Notes under the pieces: model-generated
The model's input: the letters and a program-made list of their open reading frames with translations, nothing else
The model's database searches: none
What the model was told of the DNA's origin: nothing
Shown: positions 53,564 to 63,912 of the stretch, piece by piece
Layout of the letters: every line of letters begins with the position of its first letter
How positions within the stretch are numbered: position 1 is the stretch's first letter
Position numbers and translations under genes: made by a program
Assembly (NCBI RefSeq): GCF_001194135.2
Contig: NC_068983.1
Span: 163,220,664-163,284,575, forward strand
Source: Octopus bimaculoides
Taxonomy: Eukaryota
Direction: 5' to 3'
DNA length: 63,912 nt

Positions 53564-54377
53564 ATATATATATATATATATATATCTATCTATCTATCTA
53601 TACAGGCGTGTAGGTTAGGTACTTGTGTATGTTTTTAATGCCAATATGATATTCATTTACAAAACCAAAGTATAACGCCTTTCTTAGTATGTGATATCAC
53701 TTGTTAAATTATATTTTTATTTTCATTTATCACGTATTATTGCAATGCGTGATTAACCAGTCTGATTCAGGGGTGATCTATACATTTTATTAAGATTTGC
53801 ACTTGAGAAATATTAGTTTTATAATATATTACGACTTTCGTGTAATAGTCATTTTACTAAACAGACATCGGAATGACTATATCTGAAATAGAATTTATTC
53901 ATCTAATTCTACTTAATAACAGAAAGCTACGAAGCTGCAAGTCATAAATTTCTTGCTTTACCAGAAATACAATATTGCTTTGCATGAATCAAGAGAGAAA
54001 AAAATGATGTTTGGAATGTAGTAATCATGTTTTTCATTGATCGAGGCCTCCGTAGTAGAAATGACATTTATACTACATTGTCTAAAGTTTGTTTTGAAAG
54101 CACAGATATTCCAGCAGATAATGACAGCAGCTAAATTCACAGATTTAATTAGAGTTCCAAGTGTGGTAATATATTCCAGACGGCATTTACATTCATTGTA
54201 AGTAATGTTTTCAACTTTATGTAACCGGAAAAGAAACTTGCTGAGTTTCACACCATCTGATTAGGAAGCATTCATGCATATAAACACAGACCTATGGACA
54301 TGTGTTAAAACCAGTATACGCAGGCACACACATGATTTGTTTGTGCTTAAAAGAGTAAATAGTTGACTAATGTGAGG

Positions 54378-54716
54378 AGACCACCCCTTCGGTCATGAAT
54401 GACCATGGGATTGCACCTAGAAAGTTACCCTCTGAGGCACAAGTCCGGGCAAGGTGGCTTATGGAAGGCCAGCAGTCACCCAAGCATACCAGCCCTCCCC
54501 TTTGCACACCATTGATGTTATCCAAGGGAAAGGCAAAGGGGCCGATACAGCTTGGCACCTGTGACGTCGCAACTCATTTCTACAACTGAGTTAACTGGAG
54601 AAACGTGAAATAAAGTGTCTTGCTCAAGAACACAACATGCAGCCCAGTCCGGGAATCGAACTCACAACCTCACCATCGTAAGCTCTACGCTTTAAACACT
54701 GAGCCATGGGCCTTCA
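54378..54716 (-). mobile_element. SINE family C, full length (tRNA head + central domain + 3' tail)
   Basis: Minus strand reads gaaggcccatggctcagtg (A box)...gtgagttcgattccc (B box)...gttgtgttcttgagcaagacacttt...ctaggtgcaatcccatggtcattcatgaccgaagggg. Confidence 0.9.
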
Positions 54717-55289
54717 CTAATACTACTGAAAAATTCGTAATGAGCCTCAAGACGTATATCAACTACCTGTTTTACAAGGGGTTCAACCATCTATGGACCC
54801 ATTTCATTACTATGGTTTATTCCCAATTTAATATTTTGCCTGTGTGGAACCCGACCCCAAATCTTATATGGATCCTCATAGAACATATAGACCCCGTTTG
54901 AGAACCACTGTGCCACACAATCCAATGTAGGATCCTGTACGCTGTCTCTCGGCGAGACAAGTTAGCTGGAAAACTACCATTCAGAAAATATTTTACCCAC
55001 GTGGAAAGATGAAAATAAACCGCTGGATATGTTAGTCCTGAATGAAGTATGAAGGAAAAAGAAGACGTGCGATGTTTCTTCGTGATAGAGAAACTCTACC
55101 TTTTACCGAGGTCTTCAGAACGTCACATCTCTGTATACACAAAATTGTTAAGTTAAAGATCATTCACCTTCGGAAGTGCGATGATATATATTTCCTGTAG
55201 AAAACCACACCAAGCAAGGCCTGTAAGCTTTAGACTCTAGTTTAGATTTATCAACAGTTTTAAAGATATTATACAAGTGAGTGAGCAAA

Positions 55290-55540
55290 GTGTTTTTTTA
55301 CAATGTTCTCATTATTATTTGACCATATTCGAAGAAGCAGAAGTCTGGAAAACATTATCAATGAAGGATGAGAGGAGTGTAGTAGATCAAGTGGCAGACA
55401 AAGAATGCAATGGATGGACAATACCAAGAGATTGTTGGATAAAAGTGGCAAGACAGCTGAAGAACAGGCGCTTCACTGGAAGGAGTTCCGTTGTAATGTC
55501 GTCAATGCCCTGCAGGCGTACGATACATGACAACGATGAC
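55290..55540 (+). mobile_element. RTE-like LINE 3' end, decayed
   Basis: FDHIRRSRSLENIINEG*..SRSSGRQRMQWMDN...HWKEFRCNVVN, followed by a gac/gat-like tail. Confidence 0.6.
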
Positions 55541-56000
55541 GAGAACAGTGTTAGAATTGTATATAGTGAGATAATCGATAATAAATGAAATCATCTTTTT
55601 ACTCTGCAGGAATTAATCTTGCCATACGTGTCCAATTTCATATTTGATGAATTCAATATCTTTAACGTATTATTTTAGATGGTTTTGTTTATGAATTATA
55701 TAGTTTGAAAACCTGTTATATAAAATAAAAAAAGAGANNNNNNNNNNNNNNNNNNNNNNNNNNNNNNNNNNNNNNNNNNNNNNNNNNNNNNNNNNNNNNN
55801 NNNNNNNNNNNNNNNNNNNNNNNNNNNNNNNNNNNNNNNNNNNNNNNNNNNNNNNNNNNNNNNNNNNNNNNNNNNNNNNNNNNNNNNNNNNNNNNNNNNN
55901 NNNNNNNNNNNNNNNNNNNNNNNNNNNNNNNNNNNNNNNNNNNNNNNNNNNNNNNNNNNNNNNNATATATATGTATGTATATATATATACATACATATAT

Positions 56001-56033
<33 letters not shown>

Positions 56034-56326
56034 TATATATATACACACGCACGCATATATATATATATATATATATATATAATGTATGTACGTGTGTACG
56101 TAAAGGAGATAAAAACGAAAACGATGAAGAGAAAGAAAGAAGTAAAGGGGAAATTATAAGAGAAAAGAAGAGGAGAAAGTCAGGCATAAAGAATAGAGAG
56201 AGAATATGGTAATTATTTTTAATAAAGGAGAGGCAAAGTGTAATGTATATAAAATGTAAAAGATATAAAAATATATAAAATATTATTTAAAATATAAAAA
56301 TATTATTTACAGTATATGATTTTTAA

Positions 56327-56477
56327 AATAAAGGCCATTTGCCAACATAACATGGCTGTCCTGAAAAGGACGAAGTTACTGTTATTTTAGCTCCAAGAAA
56401 CATCGTTTTTACCTGACTGTACGACACGCTATCTGTGTCCCAGGACAGCCACATTATGTTGGTAAATAGCCTTCACT
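56327..56477. mobile_element. Kolobok-like MITE (151 bp) with TTAA target duplication
   Basis: 37-bp TIRs (aataaaggccatttgccaacataacatggctgtcctg; 31/37 match), TTAA at 56323-56326 and 56478-56481, and purine-purine termini unlike piggyBac CCC ends. Confidence 0.75.
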
Positions 56478-57653
56478 TTAAAGAACTATCACTCAATGTT
56501 TCTCTTTGAGAGATTTAGAAATAATATTTCTATTTTTAAAATATCTCTGACAATAAAAATAAACATTTAAATATATAATATAAAATATATATTATAAAAC
56601 AAAACAATATAACATGAAGATAATTTACTTGAAATATGAAAAAATAAATGAAAATCGATATTTGAATAAATACATAAATGAATGTAATTGAAAGTAGAGG
56701 AAAATGGAGAGAAAGAAAGGAATACAGGAATGAAAACTAGGTAAAATAGCAGGCGTGAGTTTGAGGAAAAGATGAGTGATAGATAATTGAATAGGAGTCA
56801 TTTATTAATGAGTCATTGAGGTTTAGGTAGGCTGAATAGATATTGAGAAACCCACATATCATGTTAAGAGTCGCTTGGGCGAATTACTTTAAGTTTTAAG
56901 TGTATATATGTGGCTAGACAAAGAACCACGTGTATGCTAAATCCTACACGACTAGGTGAAAAGCGCTTTATTTAATATGTGACATTAATAAAAATCTGTA
57001 AATGTACAAACATCCAGATTTCTGAGTACCTTAATTTTNNNNNNNNNNNATATATATATATATATATATAATTCACCCTTGCTTTAGTGGACAAATTATT
57101 CTTTCTTTATTCTTTATACCTGTCAATATTGTTCTTGCTTTTCCCTTTTAATTTCCACTGATTTCTCTTCCTTTTTTATCTCCTTCATTTCGTAACCTTC
57201 TCCAATTTCTCCATTTCTCTTTTTCCTCAGTTTACATGTATCTAGAATACTCTTTTTTATCCTTTTGCTTCCTTTCTGATTCTCTCCTAAAATAATTATA
57301 AAATATCTGGTCATAGTGAGGTGAATGTCGATGCAATGAAATGCTCCTTGAAGATCCGTTGTGATTGAGCATCTATATGCACTTGGAACACCCATTGCAG
57401 GGCTACAGACAACCATAATGGTGAAACGCGCGTAGGCACTCGTGTTTCTTCTGCTTTGTCCTACATTTGCTTTGTAACTCATAACTACTGGCACTACTCA
57501 GGATAGAAATTACTAAACCAGTTTACAGAAAACAGACTGGATAATGAAAATATACGTGGCGCTCTAAACAGAACAGACATGCATTTACCTGTGCATGTAA
57601 TTCCTACTTACGACTACAAATGTGTGCGTTTCTGTGTGTATGTGTGTGTATAA

Positions 57654-57903
57654 AACTAGGGTGTTAGAACATCTACATTACCAGAAATAAGAACTAAAAC
57701 GTACATGTGTATACATAATCGTATACACATGTACTAACAGGGATTGTAGTCGTCCGAAAACGCCAGGGAATTCTCGATCGGTGTTTTCGATGGATTACAG
57801 TCCCTGTCAGTACATAAATATACAATCATGTGCTTTAACTACAGCAGTGTAGCTTTTTAGCTCTTACTTCTAGCAATGTAGGTGTTCTAACACCACCCTA
57901 GTT
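57654..57903. repeat. 250-bp nested fold-back element
   Basis: Outer arms aactagggtg(gtg)ttagaaca.ctacatt...agaa.taaga.ctaaaa; inner 36-bp stem at 57729-57815 centred on GAATTC; an extra perfect hairpin at 57701-57734. Confidence 0.85.
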
Positions 57904-57951
57904 ATATTTAGTGACAATTATAGTTTTCCTTTTTAGTAACATATTGCACAC

Positions 57952-57988
<37 letters not shown>

Positions 57989-58369
57989 NNNNNNNNNNNN
58001 NNNNNNNNNNNNNNNNNNNNNNNNNNNNNNNNNNNNNNNNNNNNNNNNNNNNNNNNNNNNNNNNNNNNNNNNNNNNNNNNNNNNNNNNNNNNNNNNNNNN
58101 NNNNNNNNNNNNNNNNNNNNNNNNNNNNNNNNNNNNNNNNNNNNNNNNNNNNNNNNNNNNNNNNNNNNNNNNNNNNNNNNNNNNNNNNNNNNNNNNNNNN
58201 NNNNNNNNNNNNNNNNNNNNNNNNNNNNNNNNNNNNNNNNNNNNNNNNNNNNNNNNNNNNNNNNNNNNNNNNNNNNNNNNNNNNNNNNNNNNNNNNNNNN
58301 NNNNNNNNNNNNNNNNNNNNNNNNNNNNNNNNNNNNNNNNNNNNNNNNNNNNNNNNNNNTGTGTGTGTA

Positions 58370-58585
58370 TGTTTGTATGTCTGTGTTTGTCCCCCCAACA
58401 TCGCTTGACAACCGATGCTGGTGTGTTTACGTCCCCGTAACATAGCGGTTCGGCAAAAGAAACCGATAGAATAAGTACTAGGCTTACAAAGAAGAAGTAC
58501 TGGGGTCGATTTGCTCGACTAAAGGCGGTGCTCCAGCATGGCCACAGTCAAATGACTGAAACAAGTAAAAGAGTAAAAGAGTAAG
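58370..58585 (+). mobile_element. SINE family A 3' half (5' part probably in the gap)
   Basis: tttgtccccccaacatcgcttgacaaccgatgctgg...aaacaagtaaaagagtaaaagagt. Confidence 0.92.
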
Positions 58586-58714
58586 AGTATATATATATCT
58601 GTAAAAATATGTGACACTTATTCGGTGTCACATGTTTTTACAGATAAATTCCTCTATTTACATATTTTTACAGATAAATTCCTCTATTTACATATTTTAC
58701 AGATAAATTCCTCT

Positions 58715-58980
58715 ATATAGTTGGAATTTACAACAAAATAAAACAAAAATAAACAAAAAACGAAGACGGGTGTGTAAACAATAAACGGATGTATTAGTTT
58801 TATGCTCAGGAAGTGAGAAAGTCGTTTACGTTTCGAGCCTACGCTCTTCAACAGAAAGGAACACAGAAATAAGCAGTGCGAGAGAAAAAAGAAAAGGTTT
58901 AGTGGCTAGCGATCAATCATGGCGAATGCCTGACAGAAATGGTAATACAGGAGACCTAGGAAGAAGGGGAGATAAAAAAA
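58715..58980 (-). mobile_element. PLE 3' terminal segment (same family as 44800-45055)
   Basis: Reverse complement aligns with 44930-45058 (..ttgaagag.gtaggctc...ttcc.gagc...aaactaataca...acac..gtcttcgt...aa.ttc.aactatata). Confidence 0.8.
58823..58858 (-). ncRNA. Minimal type-I hammerhead-ribozyme-like motif (variant core CUGUUGA)
   Basis: cuuu-CUGUUGA-a-GAGC-guag-GCUC-GAA-ACGU-A-aacg: 4-bp stem II, palindromic ACGU stem III, GUA cleavage triplet, stem I with one mismatch. Lies at a PLE terminus. Confidence 0.55.
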
Positions 58981-59689
58981 AATATGTATATGTGTGTGTG
59001 TGTGTGTGTATCTGTGTGTTACAATGTATGACTCTTTGTATGTAAGTGAATATACCTACAAACACACACACGTTTGTTTATATCATATATGAATGTTGAT
59101 TTTCGATTCTGCATGTATGCGTGTGTTCATATTTATTCAAAAAAAGAATATTGCTTCCTAAATACATGTAGTTGATAATATTTTATAGATATATGAGGTG
59201 TCTATCAACTGTTCTTCGAAGTTTCGTTTTAGGTGAAATGTCTTTTTCTTTTAAAAAGTTAAATAATAGCCATAACATCACCATTGAACTCGTTTGTGCA
59301 AATGATGAAAGGGAATATAATTTTTTTGTTATTTTCGTGTATGAAAGAACTGAAATAAACACAAACATTTTATTGCAGACATTGTAAATGAGAATATTCA
59401 AGTCAGGCTGCTATTTCACTCTATACTGTTTCTATATATTTCATATGTTTTATGTTTATAAGTACTTATTCCTATGAATACTTATAAATCCACTTTGATG
59501 TTGTAGCGATGAAATTGGATGTGTGTTTTTGTGTATTTCTACCAATGGTCATGTCTGTCTAAAAAGACGTTGTCCTACGATGTCCTCTCTACGATGTTAC
59601 ATCGGAACACTTGAGCTTGTTATACTAACTAGAAGTAAAATTAAAATGAGTGTAGATTGCTCATGTACTTATGCGGAATGGTTAGATTG

Positions 59690-60040
59690 AAAGATGGAGG
59701 GAGACGGGGAGAAGGGGAGGGGGAGAGAAAAGAACAGAGAGAAAGAAGGAAAGAGAGAGAAAAAGAGAGAAACAGAAAGAGAGAGAAAGAGAGAGAGAGA
59801 GAAAGAGAGAAAGAGAGAAAAAAGAGCAAGACAGAAAGAGAGAGAAAAAAGAGGGAAAGAGAGCGAGCGAGAAAGAGAGAGAGGGGGAAAGATTGAGATA
59901 GTGAGAGAGAGAAAGAGTGAGAGAAAGATAGAAAGAGAAAGAGAAAGAGATAGAGAGACAGAGGTAGAGAGATAGATAGAAAAAGATAGACAGATAGATA
60001 GATATACAGATAAAGAGAGATAGAGATAGAGAGAGATCAG
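59690..60040. repeat. GA-rich polypurine tract and (GATA)n
   Basis: Direct reading. Confidence 0.9.
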
Positions 60041-60234
60041 ATCTAAAGTACCATTTTCCCGAATTTCTTTAGTAATTCGCCATTTTTAGTAATTCTTTGG
60101 TAATTACTTTTCTTTAGTAATTCGTCATCTCCGTTGTAACCGCGAATACAATATTTTCACTTTTGAACTTGCAATGGTTACCACTTCAGAACTGCCGATA
60201 TATTCTTGGCTGAAACTTCACTTTGAGCAGTTAT

Positions 60235-60449
60235 TGGTTTAAAAATCTGGCGCAAGGCCAGCAACTTCGGGGTAGGAACTAAGTCGATTACAGCGATCCC
60301 AGTGTTCACCTGATACTTACTTTATTGATCTTGAAAGGATGAAATGCAAAATCAAACTTGGCAGAATTTGAGCTCAGAACGTAGAGATGGACACGAATAC
60401 CGCTAAGCATTTTGTCAGGCGCGTTAACCATTCTGCAAGGTCGCCACCT
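60235..60449 (-). mobile_element. SINE family B
   Basis: ggcgcaaggccagcaacttcggg...gaaaggatgaaatgcaaa...gaatttgagctcagaacg...ccgctaagcattt...gtcgccacc. Confidence 0.85.
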
Positions 60450-60477
60450 TTCCTTTGAGCAATTTTAACATTTAGGT

Positions 60478-60862
60478 GCAGGCGTGGCTGTGTGGTAAGA
60501 AGCTTGCTTCCCAACCACATGGTTACGGGTTCGGTCCCTCTGCGTGGCACTTTGGGCAAGTGTCTTCTACTATAGCCTCGGTCTGACCAAAGCCTTGTGA
60601 GTGGATTTTGTCGACGAAAATTGAAAGAAGCCCGTCGCATATATATGTGTGTGTATTTGTGTCTGTGATTGTCCCCCACCATCACTTGACAACCGATGTT
60701 GGTGTGTTTACGTCCCCCCGTAACTTAGCGGTTCAGCCAAAGCATCCGATAGAATAAGTACTAGGCTTACAAAGAATAAATCCTGGGGTCGAATTGTTCG
60801 ACTAACGGTGGTGCTCCCACGATGGCCGCAGTCAAATGACTGAAACAAATCAAAGAATAAAA
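60478..60862 (+). mobile_element. SINE family A, full length, short internal microsatellite
   Basis: gcaggcgtggctgtgtggtaagaagcttgcttcccaaccacatgg...gaagcccgtcg...tgaaacaaatcaaagaataaaag. Confidence 0.95.
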
Positions 60863-60987
60863 GAAAAAAAGAATCTAACCTGCTCACATTTGAAATTAAC
60901 TCAGCCATTTATAAAGCCGACAACTAGATGAGGGTTGAGAGGTGACGCTTCATATTCATCTAAGATATCTTGACACTAATGATATTC

Positions 60988-61633
60988 TTTTCTACTCTAC
61001 GCACAAGGCCCGAAATTATTGGAGAAGGGGTCACTCGATTACATCGATCCCAGTACGCAACTGGTACTTAATTTATCGACCTCGAAAGGATGAAAGGCAA
61101 AGTTGACCTCGGCGGAATTTGTACTCAGAACGTAACGGCAGACGAAATACCGCTAAGCATTTCGCCCGGCGTGCTAACGTTTCTATTTCTTTATTGCCCA
61201 CAAGGGGCTACACACAGAGGGGGACAAAGAAGGACATACAAATGTATTAAGTCGATCACATCGACCCCAGTGCGTAACTGGTACTTAATTTATCGACCCT
61301 GAAAGGATGAAAGGCAAAGTCGCCCTCGGCGGAATTTGAACTCAGAACGTAACGGCAGACGAAATACCGCTAAGCATTTCGCCCGGTGTGCTAACGTTTC
61401 TTATTTCTTTATTGCCCACAAAGGGCTAAACATAGAGGGGACAAACAAGGACAGACGGAGGAATTAAGTCGATTACATCGACCCCGGTGTGTAACTGGTA
61501 TTTAATTTATCGACCCCAAAATGATGAAAAGCAAAGTCGACTTTGGTGGAATTTGAATCTAGAACGTAACGGCAGACGAAATACCGCTAAGCATTTCGCC
61601 CAGCGTGCTAACGATTCTGCCAGCTCGCTGCCT
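60988..61633 (-). mobile_element. Head-to-tail trimer of SINE family B
   Basis: Three ~220-bp units, each with gtactcagaacgtaacggcagacgaaataccgctaagcatttcgccc-like sequence. The two upstream units end in tail type 2 and the last in tail type 1. Confidence 0.93.
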
Positions 61634-61732
61634 TCCTGATATTAATGTTATCAAAACTCCTCCGATTCACTCCACTCGTGAAATACAAACGAAAATATGT
61701 CTCAAGTTCCATTAAAATATAAATGATAAGCG

Positions 61733-61951
61733 CATGCGTGGTTGTGTGGTAACAAACTTGATTTCCAACTACATGGTTCTGGGTTCAGTCCCGCTGCGTG
61801 ACACTTTCGGCAAGTATCTTCTGTTGTAACCTCGATCCGCCGAAAGCCTTGAGTGGATTTGGTTGAGGGAAACTGAAAGAAATCCGTAGTATATATGTAT
61901 ATGTATATATATATGTACATATATGTATGTGCGTATGTATGTATGTATGTA

Positions 61952-61989
<38 letters not shown>

Positions 61990-62165
61990 TCTATTTGTCC
62001 TCCAACACTGCTTGATGTGTTGATGTGTTTATGTCCCCATAACTCAGCGGTTCGGCAAAATTAACCGATAGATAAGTAGTAGATTTTATTAAAATAAATA
62101 CTGGGATCGCTACATGCGATTAAATATTCTTCAAGGCGATGCTACAGCATTGCCGCAAGTAAAAG
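61733..62165 (+). mobile_element. SINE family A, full length with internal microsatellite
   Basis: gcatgcgtggttgtgtggtaac head, core, (TATG)n(TG)n, and 3' part with gcggttcggcaaaa...ccgatag. Confidence 0.85.
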
Positions 62166-62248
62166 AGAAAAGAATAGATTAATGTTTCTTAGAAAATTAA
62201 TTGCTCGTTAGCTATTTATTTTCTTGGCCTTTCTCCTTGAAATGTCTA

Positions 62249-62485
62249 TTGGATTGGTGCATAATTATTGCGGCTTATTTTCAACAAATTTTATTCAACA
62301 AAAACAATAACAATATTTAACAAAATCATCTCTAAATGACGGACTGACCGTCTGCAAAGCAAATGGGAAGTAGTGATTGAAGTAGATGGTGAATATACTC
62401 CGGAATAATCATTTAAAGGTGTTTTTGTTACATGTTGTTATCGTTTTTGTTGAAAAAAAGCCGTAATAATTATGCACCAACCCAA
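62249..62485. mobile_element. mariner-derived MITE (237 bp)
   Basis: TIRs ttggattggtgcataattattgcggct / agccgtaataattatgcaccaacccaa, TA on both sides. Retains the last transposase codons (..KWEVVIEVDGEY..). Confidence 0.9.
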
Positions 62486-63687
62486 TATTTTCTGAGATAA
62501 CTGAAGCCAATTCTTTTATTGTTTTAATTTAGAATATTTTGTTCCATCAATATGAAGCTAATATCAGTGAAAAAAACCCACTGCTAGTGATTTTCTTCAA
62601 GACATATTGTTAGTCTCTAATTTCATGTATCACATATTACTTCAGATATTTGGATTTATCTTAAAACCACTGGAAGAGAAATCAATGTCCAAGAAATAGA
62701 AAACTGGAAAAATTTCTAATATATTTTGGATGTTTTCTGAAATTTGCAGGATCGTCTTAAATATCCCTGTAATATCTTTAGAGATGAGAAGAAAAAAAAA
62801 ATAGAAACGATTAATTTTTCCCGGATAGCTATCTCTCTGTTAACAGCAGTATCGGTTTCACTAAAACTTCTGTAAAAACATCTTTTCAGCTTCTTTGAAA
62901 TATCGTGTTTCTTTTTCATATGAATACATGCATACATATACAAACACAAGCACGCTCCCACACACACTCTCACACACACTCTCACACACGTACATATATG
63001 TTTTTTCTCTTATTTTACACGCCAGCATCTGTATTTGCCTGAACAGTATTTTAATGTTTATGTAAATTATTGAAATAGAAACCTCTTTTCTTTCGTTTGA
63101 CTCTATTCTCAGTTATTCCTGTTCAAAGAAACCATTTTCAAACAGGCAATTGTAAATTCTTTCTTTGAACACGAATACTACGATGAATGGAAGAGAGGTA
63201 ATAATGTTTGTGGATGCATTTATTTAATGCATTTCTGTATTTGAAAATATTTAACGCGTGAATATATATTTTATTGTATTAAAAAGAAAAAGGCAAACCG
63301 ACATGCGTATCTTAATATCTGGCCTAAATAAACTGTTTCTATCCTTTTACTAAACTGTGACGTAAATTGATATTTACTTTATTGTTAATAGAGTTATGTA
63401 TTTCGTTTCTGTGGCTGTTTTGTCAGACGTTCAGTGTGAACTCCTATGTTGAGACAGATGGTGCTTAAGTAGGTCAGGATTGGAGAGGGCATGTCCTTGA
63501 TGAGATAGCCAATGGTTTCGAAAAGACTTTGATATTAATTAATCTAATAGTTAATCAAATAATCGATTACTTAATTGGTTAAATGATTAACCAATTGACA
63601 AATAATAAAGAAGTGAAATAGAACCAGTTCTTGTGTTTATTATCGCCATAATGACTCTCTCGAGTTAAACAAGCTCCGTAACATAGA

Positions 63688-63845
63688 GCATGGCAGTGTG
63701 GTAAGAAGCTTGCTTCCTAATCACATGGTGCTGGATTCAGTCCCACTGCATGGCACATTGGTCAAGTGTGTTCTATAGCCTCAAGCAGACCAGACCTTGC
63801 GAGTGGAGGATTTGGTAGACAGAAACTGAAATAAGCACGTCGTAT
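63688..63845 (+). mobile_element. SINE family A head and core
   Basis: gcatggcagtgtggtaagaagcttgcttcc...ggcacattggtcaagtgtg...ggtagacagaaactgaaa, followed by a microsatellite. Confidence 0.88.
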
Positions 63846-63875
63846 ATACATACAAACATACATACATACACACAC

Positions 63876-63912
<37 letters not shown>

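Noticed and set aside
53958-54251. 97-aa minus ORF in unique AT-rich sequence
   Set aside because: No recognisable domain, no convincing splice sites, and a length expected by chance.
57398-57438. acc-ataat-ggt-GAAACGCGCGTA-ggc, a hammerhead-like right half with palindromic stem III
   Set aside because: The core reads CTACAGA (two changes) and stem I does not pair. At best a very old relic.
60988-61633. Regularly spaced repeats suggestive of a CRISPR array
   Set aside because: Units are ~220-bp SINE copies without unique spacers, in a eukaryotic context with no cas genes.
62716-62985. 89-aa minus ORF
   Set aside because: Starts in a (TG)n repeat, with no homology cues or supported splice sites.

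Overview
AT-rich, microsatellite-saturated eukaryotic DNA with many assembly gaps. The repeat content is most consistent with a coleoid cephalopod, probably an octopus (inference from the SINE families; no database check). I found no convincing intact host protein-coding gene, so the window looks intronic or intergenic. Most short ORFs in the track are microsatellite or N-gap artefacts. Explained content: (i) about 25 tRNA-derived SINE copies of 3-4 families; (ii) decayed non-LTR retrotransposons: two R4/Dong-like RLE elements, CR1-like, RTE-like, and a near-complete Tx1/L1-clade ORF2 plus a second short copy; (iii) Penelope-like elements (PLEs); (iv) a Ty3/gypsy gag-protease relic; (v) DNA transposons: a full-length Tc1-like DD37E element, mariners, MITEs, a Kolobok-like MITE and a Helentron-type non-autonomous element; (vi) several fold-back palindromes. 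The best leads are three. A head-to-tail SINE trimer has internal tails that match the 3' end of the Tx1-like LINE in the same window. A set of minimal hammerhead-ribozyme-like motifs sits at PLE-type termini, two with apparently family-wide core variants. R4-like and Tx1-like retroelements appear to target microsatellites. Coordinates of decayed repeats are approximate (about +/-10-20 bp).
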